Both the position numbers and the translations under genes were made by a program. Source: Candidatus Parcubacteria bacterium (GTDB taxonomy: Bacteria; Patescibacteriota; Minisyncoccia; Minisyncoccales; JAGMDC01). From it: a DNA stretch of 64,000 nucleotides. The stretch is taken from the NCBI GenBank assembly GCA_023130975.1, contig JAGMAD010000001.1:17238-81237 (forward strand). Reading direction: 5' to 3'. Positions 25,560-33,503 of this stretch are shown piece by piece. Position 1 is the stretch's first letter, and each line of letters starts with the position of its first letter. The notes beneath the pieces are model-generated. The model saw nothing but the letters and a program-made list of their open reading frames with translations. It made no database searches and was not told the origin of the DNA.

Positions 25560-26026
25560 TGGATACAATGAACAAAAGTATTATAATAATTATAGTAATC
25601 ATTACTGTTGCAGGCGCTGGTTTTTGGTTTTATAACTGGCAGAGCCAAAGCCAGAATCAGGGCCAAGAGACAGAAGAGAAGGAACAGGACGAAATAAAAG
25701 AGGAACAGATTAAAATAGAGATTTTAAAACCAGGAACTGGCAAATTAGCTGATGTTGGCAATACAGTGGTTGTTCATTATACAGGCACATTTGAGGACGG
25801 AACAAAGTTTGATTCAAGTTTGGACAGAGAACAGCCGTTTATTTTTAAATTAGGAGAAGGACAGGTGATAAAAGGCTGGGAACAGGGGATTTTAGGAATG
25901 AAAATTGGCGAAAAGAGGAAATTAACAATTGGTCCGGATTTAGCTTATGGGAAAATGGGCATACCCGGAGCCATACCGCCAAATGCAGTTTTAATCTTTG
26001 AAGTCGAGCTTTTAGAAATTCAATAA
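25559..26026 (+). CDS. FKBP-type peptidyl-prolyl cis-trans isomerase, membrane anchored
   Basis: [18 protein letters not shown]...[29 protein letters not shown]...[10 protein letters not shown]. Confidence 0.9.
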   Translation: MDTMNKSIIIIIVIITVAGAGFWFYNWQSQSQNQGQETEEKEQDEIKEEQIKIEILKPGTGKLADVGNTVVVHYTGTFEDGTKFDSSLDREQPFIFKLGEGQVIKGWEQGILGMKIGEKRKLTIGPDLAYGKMGIPGAIPPNAVLIFEVELLEIQ

Positions 26027-26031
26027 TTAAA

Positions 26032-26727
26032 TTGATGATTTTAGAAAAAATGAACTACCTTGCCCCAAGGCGCAAGGTATCTCTTCGGGCAAGTTCTTTC
26101 GGCGGCTTTCATTCCCGCCGCTTGCGACGGGATATTTTCGCCACCGAAATAAAAAATAATTTATTCTTTTGTTCAGTTATAATAATATTTGTTATTTTCT
26201 TTTTAATTGACCTAATAATAGGAGATTCTCAATTATTTTTAATAATAAATAAAAAAATTGCCAATCCTTATTTGGATTGGATAGTTATTTCTATATTTTA
26301 CCCTTTATTTTCTCTTTTATTTATTGTTCCTTTAATTTGTCTTTTTAAAAAAGAATGGAGAAGAGCAAGTTTGATTGCTTTAATCTCTGGGCCGCTGAGT
26401 TATATTATAGGTGATTTTCTTAAAATTTTAATTGCCAGACCTCGACCATTTGAAGTTCTTTCTGTCAATTTATTAGGTCCTTGGCATACCACTAGTTTTT
26501 CCTTTCCTTCTACTACTACTGCCTTAGTTTTTGGCTTAGCTCTTCCATTTTTGATTTATAAAAATAAGTTTGCAGGTTTGCTTATCCCTATTTCTTTTTT
26601 AGTTGGATTTTCTGTAATTTATACAGGGTTTCACTTTCCCTTAGATGTAATGGCTGGCGCAATTCTTTCCTTAGTGCTTGTACTTTCTCTATCTATTTTT
26701 CTGACGAAGTTTAACATCAAAAAATAA
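26032..26727 (+). CDS. PAP2-family phosphatase (start uncertain)
   Basis: KILIARPRPF, SFPSTTTA, GFHFPLDVMAG PAP2 motifs. The first ~40 codons are the translated family-2 repeat element. Confidence 0.75.
   Translation: MMILEKMNYLAPRRKVSLRASSFGGFHSRRLRRDIFATEIKNNLFFCSVIIIFVIFFLIDLIIGDSQLFLIINKKIANPYLDWIVISIFYPLFSLLFIVPLICLFKKEWRRASLIALISGPLSYIIGDFLKILIARPRPFEVLSVNLLGPWHTTSFSFPSTTTALVFGLALPFLIYKNKFAGLLIPISFLVGFSVIYTGFHFPLDVMAGAILSLVLVLSLSIFLTKFNIKK
26050..26154 (+). repeat. GC-rich hairpin repeat, family 2, copy a (~105 nt)
   Basis: atgaactaccttgcc..cgggcaagttctttcggcggctttcattcccgcc..ccgaaataaaa. Aligns with 31512-31592 on the same strand. Confidence 0.7.
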
Positions 26728-26875
26728 TTAGTTAGGAATCATCTCTATTTTTTAATATGTCTTTGCTTACTAAAAAAATAAAAATTAAGTGGTGGCTGGC
26801 AATTTTGATTTACCTTCTTTTTGTTAGTTTGATTATGTTATTAGAAATTTTAATAATAAAATAGAAGAAAAATCT

Positions 26876-27727
26876 ATGAAAAAATCTCTCTACGTAATCA
26901 ATTACAGAGGAGAAAGAAAGCCGTTTTCTTTAATGAAGGTCTATCGGGGCGCCAGGAAAGTGGGCGCCTCAAGAGAATTGGCTCAAGAAATTAGTCGAAT
27001 TATTCAAAGGGAAGCCTATCCTGGCATTAAAACCTTAGAGATTTTTGAAAGGATAAAAGAACTTTTAAATCGCCAGTCCCTTAAATTGGGAATAAAATTT
27101 TCTCTAAAAGAAGGAATGAAAAAATTGGGGCCCAGCGGTTTTCCCTTTGAGAAATTTATTGGAGAAATTTTCTTCAGACAAGGATATAAAGTTAAATTAA
27201 ATCAATATCTTCAGGGTCATTGTTTGAAATATGAAATCGATTTTTTAGCCAAAAAAGGAAATCTGGTTTATGTTGGCGAGTGTAAATTTAGATCTTTATT
27301 GGAAGAAGGAAGAGTCCACTCAGAAACCGCTTTGGCTTATTGGGCTAAAACTTTAGACCTAAGAAAAGGAAACATATTTGAGAAAAAAGAGTTTAATGGT
27401 TTTAATGTAAGGCCTATTTTGGTTACTAACGCTAAATTTTCCAAGGCAGCGGCTGAATATTCAAGATGCGCAGGGATTGAGCTTTTGGGCTGGAAATGCC
27501 CTAAATCAGGAGGTCTGGAATATATAATTGATAAAAACGGTTTTTATCCTGTAACTATTTTGCCTTCTTTAAAGGAAGGTTTGGTTGACGTTTTTATTAA
27601 AAGAAAAATGATTTTAGCAAAAGATGTTTTAAAAATTAATCCTCAGAAATTTTCAAAGCAAACAGGAATTTCTGAAAAAAACTTAAATTCTTTAATAAAA
27701 GAAGCTAAAATTTTATTTGAAACATAA
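26876..27727 (+). CDS. ATP-cone domain / Mrr-like restriction endonuclease domain protein
   Basis: N-terminal ATP-cone (VINYRGERKPFSLMKV...), then a PD-(D/E)xK core (FEKFIGEIFFRQGY...EIDFLAKKGNLVYVGECKFR). Confidence 0.65.
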   Translation: MKKSLYVINYRGERKPFSLMKVYRGARKVGASRELAQEISRIIQREAYPGIKTLEIFERIKELLNRQSLKLGIKFSLKEGMKKLGPSGFPFEKFIGEIFFRQGYKVKLNQYLQGHCLKYEIDFLAKKGNLVYVGECKFRSLLEEGRVHSETALAYWAKTLDLRKGNIFEKKEFNGFNVRPILVTNAKFSKAAAEYSRCAGIELLGWKCPKSGGLEYIIDKNGFYPVTILPSLKEGLVDVFIKRKMILAKDVLKINPQKFSKQTGISEKNLNSLIKEAKILFET

Positions 27728-27728
27728 T

Positions 27729-28748
27729 ATGGAAGAGCAACAAAGAATTCAAAAGTTTTTACAAGAATTTTCTAAAAAATTAGCGGAAAAATTTAATAAA
27801 GATTTGGATTTTATTTTGCTGTTTGGTAGTGCGGCAAGAGGGGAATGGAAAAGAGGAATAAGTGATGTAGATTTAATAATTCAGGTTAAAAAACCAGAAT
27901 TAGTGAAAGAGGTAAAAGAATATATAGACAACATATTTTGGAAATTAGATGAGAAATATGATACAAAACTCAAAGAATCCTGCTCTGTTGGTGATAAAAA
28001 AGATGAGGTTAAAAAGGCCTTAGCCAAGACCAAACTTTATGTACCCTATGAAGTTTTCGGGCCAACAGATATAGATTGGGTAAACGGCAAAATAAAGAGG
28101 AAGGACTTATTATTGGGAGCAAAGTTAGTGGCTTCCCAATCTATGCTCTTTAAGAAAATGAAATACGAAGGCAAGATTTTATGGGGAAGGGATATAAGAA
28201 AAACAATTCAGGCTAAAGCAAACTGGTGGGAGAAATTCAAAGCCATTTTAATACCATATCATATTGCCCTTTCTTCTGTTTTAGGAGCTTTATTCGTTCC
28301 AAAAATTTGCTTAAAAATGGCTGATAAAGCAGCTATTTATTCTATAGAATCTGTCTTGTTCTTTTTAGATAAACCAATCAGCAGGGGTATAAAAAAAGCT
28401 GTAGAAAAAATAGAAAAAGAAATAAAAGGAAAAGTTAGATATAAACATAGTTTCTTAGGAACTATGGAAATTGACTTAGTATTAAATTTTGATTATCAAA
28501 AATTATTGAATTTTAATTTTGCAAAAGAAGCTATAGAACTTAAATACAACTGGATAGAGCAATCCGAAAAATTTAGCAGATGGAAAACCTTGAAATTTTG
28601 TTGCCGGTCTTTGCTTTTTGTAAATGCTATGAACTGGTATGCTATATTCAAAGCAGATAGACACCGTATAATCTTAAAGCTGTTATTTGTCTTTAGGACA
28701 ATCCTATTGTTCTTAATAATCTGGTTGTATTTTCGTTATTTTAGATAA
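27729..28748 (+). CDS. Nucleotidyltransferase (Pol-beta superfamily, MNT-like) domain protein with C-terminal TM helix
   Basis: LFGSAARGEW..SDVDLII NTase motif. ATG lies 1 nt after the upstream stop. Helical C-terminal half ends in a hydrophobic helix. Confidence 0.6.
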   Translation: MEEQQRIQKFLQEFSKKLAEKFNKDLDFILLFGSAARGEWKRGISDVDLIIQVKKPELVKEVKEYIDNIFWKLDEKYDTKLKESCSVGDKKDEVKKALAKTKLYVPYEVFGPTDIDWVNGKIKRKDLLLGAKLVASQSMLFKKMKYEGKILWGRDIRKTIQAKANWWEKFKAILIPYHIALSSVLGALFVPKICLKMADKAAIYSIESVLFFLDKPISRGIKKAVEKIEKEIKGKVRYKHSFLGTMEIDLVLNFDYQKLLNFNFAKEAIELKYNWIEQSEKFSRWKTLKFCCRSLLFVNAMNWYAIFKADRHRIILKLLFVFRTILLFLIIWLYFRYFR

Positions 28749-28763
28749 TCTTGTATCAAAATT

Positions 28764-29351
28764 TTACTCGGAATTATTTTTTTGTTCCTTTTCCTTTCTT
28801 TGGACATATTGGCCTGTTTTAGTATTTATCACAATTACATCTCCTTCTTTAATAAATAGGGGAGTGTTAACTTTTGCTTTTGTTTCTAAGGTGACTGTTT
28901 TTGTGCCTGGTTGGGAGCGGCTACCTTGAACCCCGGGTGGTGCCTCAATTACTTTCAAATTCAGTTTTATTGGTAAAGAAATATTGATAACTTTGCCTTG
29001 AAACAATAAGGCCTCAATGGTTGTTTGGTGTGTCAAAAATTTAATGCTTTCTCCGATATTTTTTTCCATCAGAGAGAACCTAAAAGAAGGGTCGTTTTCC
29101 TTGGTAAAATAAAATTGGTCGCGGTGAGAAAACAAAAATTTTGCTTTAAATATTTTAATTTCAGCTTCTTCAAAGGTATCTGAAGGATGAAATGTTTTTG
29201 AAACAACGGTTCCAGTAATTAGGTTTTTTGTTTTAACTTGCAAAACGGACTGACCTCTTCCCTTGAAAAGACGAAAGGCCTCTAAAATTTCATGCGGCTG
29301 ATTATCTATAATAATATTTACTCCTTTTTCTAATTCATTAAAATTAAGCAT
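28764..29351 (-). CDS. efp: Elongation factor P
   Basis: MLNFNELEKGVNIIIDNQPHEILEAFRLFKGRGQSVLQVKTKNLITG... Three-domain EF-P. The loop tip is Arg (KGRGQS), not Lys. Start set at the internal ATG 29351, just after the upstream stop. Confidence 0.9.
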   Translation of the reverse strand: MLNFNELEKGVNIIIDNQPHEILEAFRLFKGRGQSVLQVKTKNLITGTVVSKTFHPSDTFEEAEIKIFKAKFLFSHRDQFYFTKENDPSFRFSLMEKNIGESIKFLTHQTTIEALLFQGKVINISLPIKLNLKVIEAPPGVQGSRSQPGTKTVTLETKAKVNTPLFIKEGDVIVINTKTGQYVQRKEKEQKNNSE

Positions 29352-29352
29352 A

Positions 29353-30039
29353 TTATTTGACAATTTTCCACTCAATTTTTGATTCTTTATCCGCAAACTC
29401 CAACCATTGGCCATTTTTGTCAATGACATACCACTTTCTTTTTGTGTCTGACCAAACCATTGGGTCGCCTCTATAAAATGGCTTTTTAACAACCTCTTTT
29501 GGCTTTAATCGGTCTAATTCCAACCATTTTTTAAATACTGTTTCAATGGCATAATCCAGATTTCTAGATTTCGCCCATTCAGCGACCGTAGAAATGGCTT
29601 TTTTTGCTTTTTCCATTGAACCAGCAAGTTCTAAAAGCTGCTTTGCCGGCTTGGTAAACCGGGAATAAATAATCTTTCTTTTCTTAGCATTTTGTTTGAG
29701 CTCGCCCAAACTAAGCCCTTTGGTTTGAAAATAATGAGTAACAATCTGACGGATAGCAGTTTCTTGTTTTAATTTCTCATAATATTTAATCTTGCCTTTT
29801 TTCAGATATTCTTCAATTTTATCAGCGATACTTTTCCCCACGCCTTGGATTTCTTTCAAGCCCTTAACATCTCTTTTCTTGTAAATATCAACGATATCCT
29901 CTTTTAAATTTTCCAGAGCCAAAGCGGCTTTATGATAGGCCTGCGGTTTAAAAGACACTCCTTTTATTTTCAACAGTTCTTCTATTTCGTATAATATTTT
30001 AGCGATTTTTTGATTGGTCACTTTATTGATATTTTTCAA
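29353..30039 (-). CDS. Helix-hairpin-helix protein resembling the N-terminal part of family X polymerases
   Basis: NQKIAKILYEIEELLKIKG..FKPQAYHKAALALE...LKEIQGVGKSIADKIEEYL. No palm/NTase domain. Confidence 0.6.
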   Translation of the reverse strand: MKNINKVTNQKIAKILYEIEELLKIKGVSFKPQAYHKAALALENLKEDIVDIYKKRDVKGLKEIQGVGKSIADKIEEYLKKGKIKYYEKLKQETAIRQIVTHYFQTKGLSLGELKQNAKKRKIIYSRFTKPAKQLLELAGSMEKAKKAISTVAEWAKSRNLDYAIETVFKKWLELDRLKPKEVVKKPFYRGDPMVWSDTKRKWYVIDKNGQWLEFADKESKIEWKIVK

Positions 30040-30622
30040 CTTTGAATTTGTAAATTATTATTTTTTCTGTTTGAGGGTTGATATTGGCTTTTTGACAGGC
30101 AATAGAGATTTGTTTTTCTGAAGTATCCACTCCGTCTAAGTCAGGCAAAAGCAGTCCTGATTTAAAATGAGTCCTTGGCGCAGGTTCAAAAATAACATCA
30201 GAACCAGAAGAAAAGGACTGGGATTTTACAAGGATGCCGTATTTTTTCGGATCTAATTCATTTATGCTCTTTATTAATTCTGGTTTATTCAAAATATACA
30301 CAGTATAAGATAGTTCGGGCAACTCCTGTTTCTGAATAGGGGAGAAGCGATAATCTTCAGTGGCCGCAACAATAGCATTATGAATAATTTCCTGGGCAAT
30401 ATTTTCTTTTGTCGGCAAATAAGTGCCAATACATCCACGTAAAACTCGCTTTCGCTCGTCACGTGGCGCGCCCCGCAAATTCTCATCTTTTTCAATAGTC
30501 ACAAATGTGCCAGCTTTTCGGGTCAGAAACTCTTCTGGCAAATTTTTAGACGGAGAAATCGTCTTTCTTTCTTTTATGTAATTTTCCACCGCCTTTTTGG
30601 CAAGTGAGATATATTGATTCAT
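30023..30622 (-). CDS. AMMECR1 domain protein (AmmeMemoRadiSam system protein A)
   Basis: GTFVTI...LRGCIGTY core. Adjacent to the Memo-like and radical SAM partners. Confidence 0.8.
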   Translation of the reverse strand: MNQYISLAKKAVENYIKERKTISPSKNLPEEFLTRKAGTFVTIEKDENLRGAPRDERKRVLRGCIGTYLPTKENIAQEIIHNAIVAATEDYRFSPIQKQELPELSYTVYILNKPELIKSINELDPKKYGILVKSQSFSSGSDVIFEPAPRTHFKSGLLLPDLDGVDTSEKQISIACQKANINPQTEKIIIYKFKVEKYQ

Positions 30623-30731
30623 AAAAAGTGTATTAAATGCCTGTAAATTCTTGCCTCTGGTTTTATTCTACAATGATTTTAGCAATAAAAAAAGAGGAGA
30701 ATTGTCTCCCCATATGTCTTCTATGTGTCTT

Positions 30732-31025
30732 CTATATGTCTTCTAAAGAATATAATCTATAGTTCCTGGAAAGATACCAACGATCTAGCAAAAAGAGAGT
30801 GGTGCCTAAGTAAACGAAAATCGATCCTGTCACATATAAACAAATTGTCAATCCTCTTGTCAATCCTCCAAAATCCAAAGTCCATGCTACAGCTATGAAT
30901 ATCAATCCAGTTACCATGTTAGTTACATGGTATTTTACTCTCTCTCCAATACTCATTTCCATCTTTTTTCCAGTTATCATGCTGGTTACATAATGTTTTA
31001 CTTTCTTTCCAATACTTATTTCCAT
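30732..31025 (-). CDS. Small membrane protein with internal tandem repeat
   Basis: ATG 31025 with SD aggagg. MEISIGKKVKHYVTSMITGKK / MEMSIGERVKYHVTNMVTGLIF duplicated ~21-aa unit, then two TM helices. Tracked N-terminal extension rejected. Confidence 0.5.
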   Translation of the reverse strand: MEISIGKKVKHYVTSMITGKKMEMSIGERVKYHVTNMVTGLIFIAVAWTLDFGGLTRGLTICLYVTGSIFVYLGTTLFLLDRWYLSRNYRLYSLEDI

Positions 31026-31187
31026 CTTTTTATCACCTCCTATTCTGTTTAAAACAATGCTACACGTTACGTTCCGGATAGGATTTGAATCTGCGTCTTC
31101 GGCTCGAGAAGCTAAAATACTAAACTGAACTATCACCACCGGAGCATTATTAAAGATAGCATTTTTTACGATTTGTGTCAAGCGAAA

Positions 31188-31874
31188 TTATCGTAATTTG
31201 AAATTTACGACGAGATAACCGACGCCGAAAGGGTATTCGTATGATAAAATTTCCGGCTGCCAATTTAAACCCGAGGCCTGTAAAATTCCTAAAAGAAAAG
31301 AAAAAGAGCGCAGGCCGCATTCGCCGGCCTCTGGAAAATATTCATCTAACTTCAAAAAATTTTTAATATCTTTTTTCTTTAGATATTCAATCAATGCCTT
31401 GTCAAATTTTGGACCATCAGGATGAAGACCATAAGGACCATCTTCTTTTAAGCAGTGAGACATATCACCAGAAGCGATCAGGGCATATCTCTTTTCTTTT
31501 TCCAATTTATTATGAACTACCCTGCCCTTCAGGGCAGGGTATCCCTCCGGGCAAGTTCTTTCGACGGCTTTCATCCCGCCGCCGAAATAAAACTTTTTTC
31601 CTCGTTGATAATAAAAATCAGGAGTTTTATCAGGAATAAATAATTGCCGGCTTGGAATACGTTGCTTAGGATTTAAGAAATAAAGCGGAACGTTAAAACC
31701 CCAATCAGGATGAGGAGAGGAAATAATAATATTGTTAGGATTAGATTCCTTTAATTTTTTTCCTAAAAACTCCAAATTTTCAATTGTTTTTTTAACTTTC
31801 TCTCTATCCTCTAGCGAGCCAACTTCAGGCAAAAGCAGGGGAGGATGAGGAGAAAAGCAAGCAAAAGAAATCAT
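31188..31874 (-). CDS. Memo/LigB-superfamily protein (AmmeMemoRadiSam system protein B-like)
   Basis: FSPHPPLLLPE, IASGDMSHCL, AGECGLRSF. Located between the AMMECR1 and radical SAM partners. Confidence 0.65.
   Translation of the reverse strand: MISFACFSPHPPLLLPEVGSLEDREKVKKTIENLEFLGKKLKESNPNNIIISSPHPDWGFNVPLYFLNPKQRIPSRQLFIPDKTPDFYYQRGKKFYFGGGMKAVERTCPEGYPALKGRVVHNKLEKEKRYALIASGDMSHCLKEDGPYGLHPDGPKFDKALIEYLKKKDIKNFLKLDEYFPEAGECGLRSFSFLLGILQASGLNWQPEILSYEYPFGVGYLVVNFKLR
31512..31592 (+). repeat. GC-rich hairpin repeat, family 2, copy b (~81 nt) inside the Memo-like gene
   Basis: atgaactaccctgcccttcagggcagggtatccctccgggcaagttctttcgacggctttcatcccgccgccgaaataaaa. Translated antisense as FGGGMKAVERTCPEGYPALKGRVVH. 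Confidence 0.7.
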
Positions 31875-31889
31875 AAAAATCTCTAATTT

Positions 31890-32981
31890 TTAATTTAAAA
31901 TTAAATTTAAATCTTCTTCGCATTTAGCGCATTTGCCGTTTTTGTCAAAACGTTTGATGGTATAGCCGAGCCGCTCAATTGCCAAAGTCCCGCATTTTGG
32001 ACAATAAGTGTTTTCGCTTTCTAAACCCGGCACATTACCAGTATAAACATATTTTAAGCCAGCTTTTTTACCAATTTCAAAAGCCATTTTTAATGTCTCA
32101 ACCGAAGTATCAGGTAAGTGCTGTAATTTCCAAGAAATTGTACCAGAAAATTGAGAAATATGCCAGGGCGTTTCAATACCTAACTCGTTTTTAATAAAAT
32201 TAGCGATATTTTCAAACATTTCTTTAGAATCAGTTAAGGTAGGAATGACTAAAGTTGTTACTTCTAGCCAAATGTTTTTTCCTTTCAAACGCTTTAGAGT
32301 ATCTAAAACTGGCTGTAATAGTCCGCCGCAGTATTTTATGTAAAACTCATCAGAAAAACCTTTTAGGTCAATATTCGCGGCGTCAAGATAAGGAGAAATT
32401 AAATCAAAAAGTTCTTTTGACCAAAATCCATTGCTAACCCAGACATTTTTTATTCCTTGCTTTTTAGCTAATTTCATTGTATCTAAAGCATATTCAGAAA
32501 AAATGGTAGGTGAAGTATAGGTATAAGCAATAGAAGGTAAATTATTCTCTTTGGCAATTTTAACAATTTCTTCTGGCGATAAATCTTCTCCTTCAATCTT
32601 TCCAGTCAATTGAGGCATTTGAGATATATCATAATTTTGGCAATTTGCACATCTAAAATTACATCCTACAGTGGCGATAGATAATGACTGAGTACCGGGT
32701 AAAAAGTGAAATAAAGGTTTTTTTTCAATAGGATCAATATTACAGGCAATAGCTTTGCCATAATTCAGGGCATAAAGTTTTCCATCAATATTTTCTCTCA
32801 CACCGCAAATCCCTCTCTTTCCTTGTTCAATAACACAATAATGAGCGCAATTTCGGCACTGAACAATTTTGTTCTTTAGTTTTTTGTAAAGATATGCTTC
32901 TTTCACCCCCACACCATAATAAGCACCGGCACCTTTGGTGCCAAAAGACGAAGTATGTGTTTGTTTGGTGTGGGGGTTCAT
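31890..32981 (-). CDS. AmmeMemoRadiSam system radical SAM enzyme
   Basis: N-terminal Cys cluster (CRNCAHYC..GICGVR), radical SAM CNFRCANCQN, C-terminal CPKC..CAKC ribbon. Confidence 0.85.
   Translation of the reverse strand: MNPHTKQTHTSSFGTKGAGAYYGVGVKEAYLYKKLKNKIVQCRNCAHYCVIEQGKRGICGVRENIDGKLYALNYGKAIACNIDPIEKKPLFHFLPGTQSLSIATVGCNFRCANCQNYDISQMPQLTGKIEGEDLSPEEIVKIAKENNLPSIAYTYTSPTIFSEYALDTMKLAKKQGIKNVWVSNGFWSKELFDLISPYLDAANIDLKGFSDEFYIKYCGGLLQPVLDTLKRLKGKNIWLEVTTLVIPTLTDSKEMFENIANFIKNELGIETPWHISQFSGTISWKLQHLPDTSVETLKMAFEIGKKAGLKYVYTGNVPGLESENTYCPKCGTLAIERLGYTIKRFDKNGKCAKCEEDLNLILN
32906..32976. mobile_element. Family-1 MITE-like element (71 nt) inserted just after the radical SAM start codon
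   Basis: CCCCCACACCATAA...TTTGGTGTGGGGG, flanked by direct ttca/ttca (32902-32905, 32977-32980). Confidence 0.65.
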
Positions 32982-33082
32982 TATCTTAATTATACCTTAA
33001 TTTTGAACCAATACATAATCTTGACAAAGAAAGGTTATTATGTTAATTTGTTAATAACAGTTCCTAAAATAGGAGGTTGAAT

Positions 33083-33469
33083 ATGGCAGAAAAAACAATC
33101 CAAAGCAGATTAGATGGATCTTTGAAAAAAGAAGAAGTAAACTTTCGGCAAGACGAGGTTTTTATTGCCTATACGATAATACTTTATGCAGAAGTTGGGG
33201 ATACTTGGAGAAACATTCTCAAGAGAATTTCTGAATATTTTCCATTAATAAGATACAAAAACGAGAATGGAATAAAAAATGTTCTGCGAAAAATAGAGCG
33301 GATAGGAGCAATAGAGATGAAAGAGACCTGCAATGGAAGTAAAATAACAAAAATCTCTGATGAATGCATAGAAGAATTTATAAAATTCCACAGAAATATC
33401 CTAGAGGCCCAAAGTTTTCTTGAAGAGTATTCCCTAATTATAGATAAAAAAGTGGTTTGCTTAGCTTAG
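33083..33469 (+). CDS. Hypothetical winged-helix-like protein
   Basis: ATG 6 nt after aggagg. Promoter TTGACA-17-TAATTT (33021-33049) overlaps the inverted repeat GTTATTA/TAATAAC. GIKNVLRKIERIGAIEMKE suggests a wHTH. Confidence 0.4.
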   Translation: MAEKTIQSRLDGSLKKEEVNFRQDEVFIAYTIILYAEVGDTWRNILKRISEYFPLIRYKNENGIKNVLRKIERIGAIEMKETCNGSKITKISDECIEEFIKFHRNILEAQSFLEEYSLIIDKKVVCLA

Positions 33470-33503
33470 CAAACCCTATTTTTTTTTGTTTTTTGTCCAG
33501 AAT

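Noticed and set aside
29352-29492. 47-codon N-terminal extension of the EF-P ORF.
   Set aside because: It overlaps the upstream gene's 3' end. EF-P homology starts at MLNFNELEKG (ATG 29351), directly after the neighbour's stop.
31061-31150. Possible functional tRNA on the minus strand (T-loop-like GATTCAAATCC, D-loop-like TAGTTCAGTTTAGTA).
   Set aside because: The T stem and part of the acceptor stem do not pair, and no clean 7-nt anticodon loop with U33 can be drawn. It is treated only as a decayed tRNA-like remnant.
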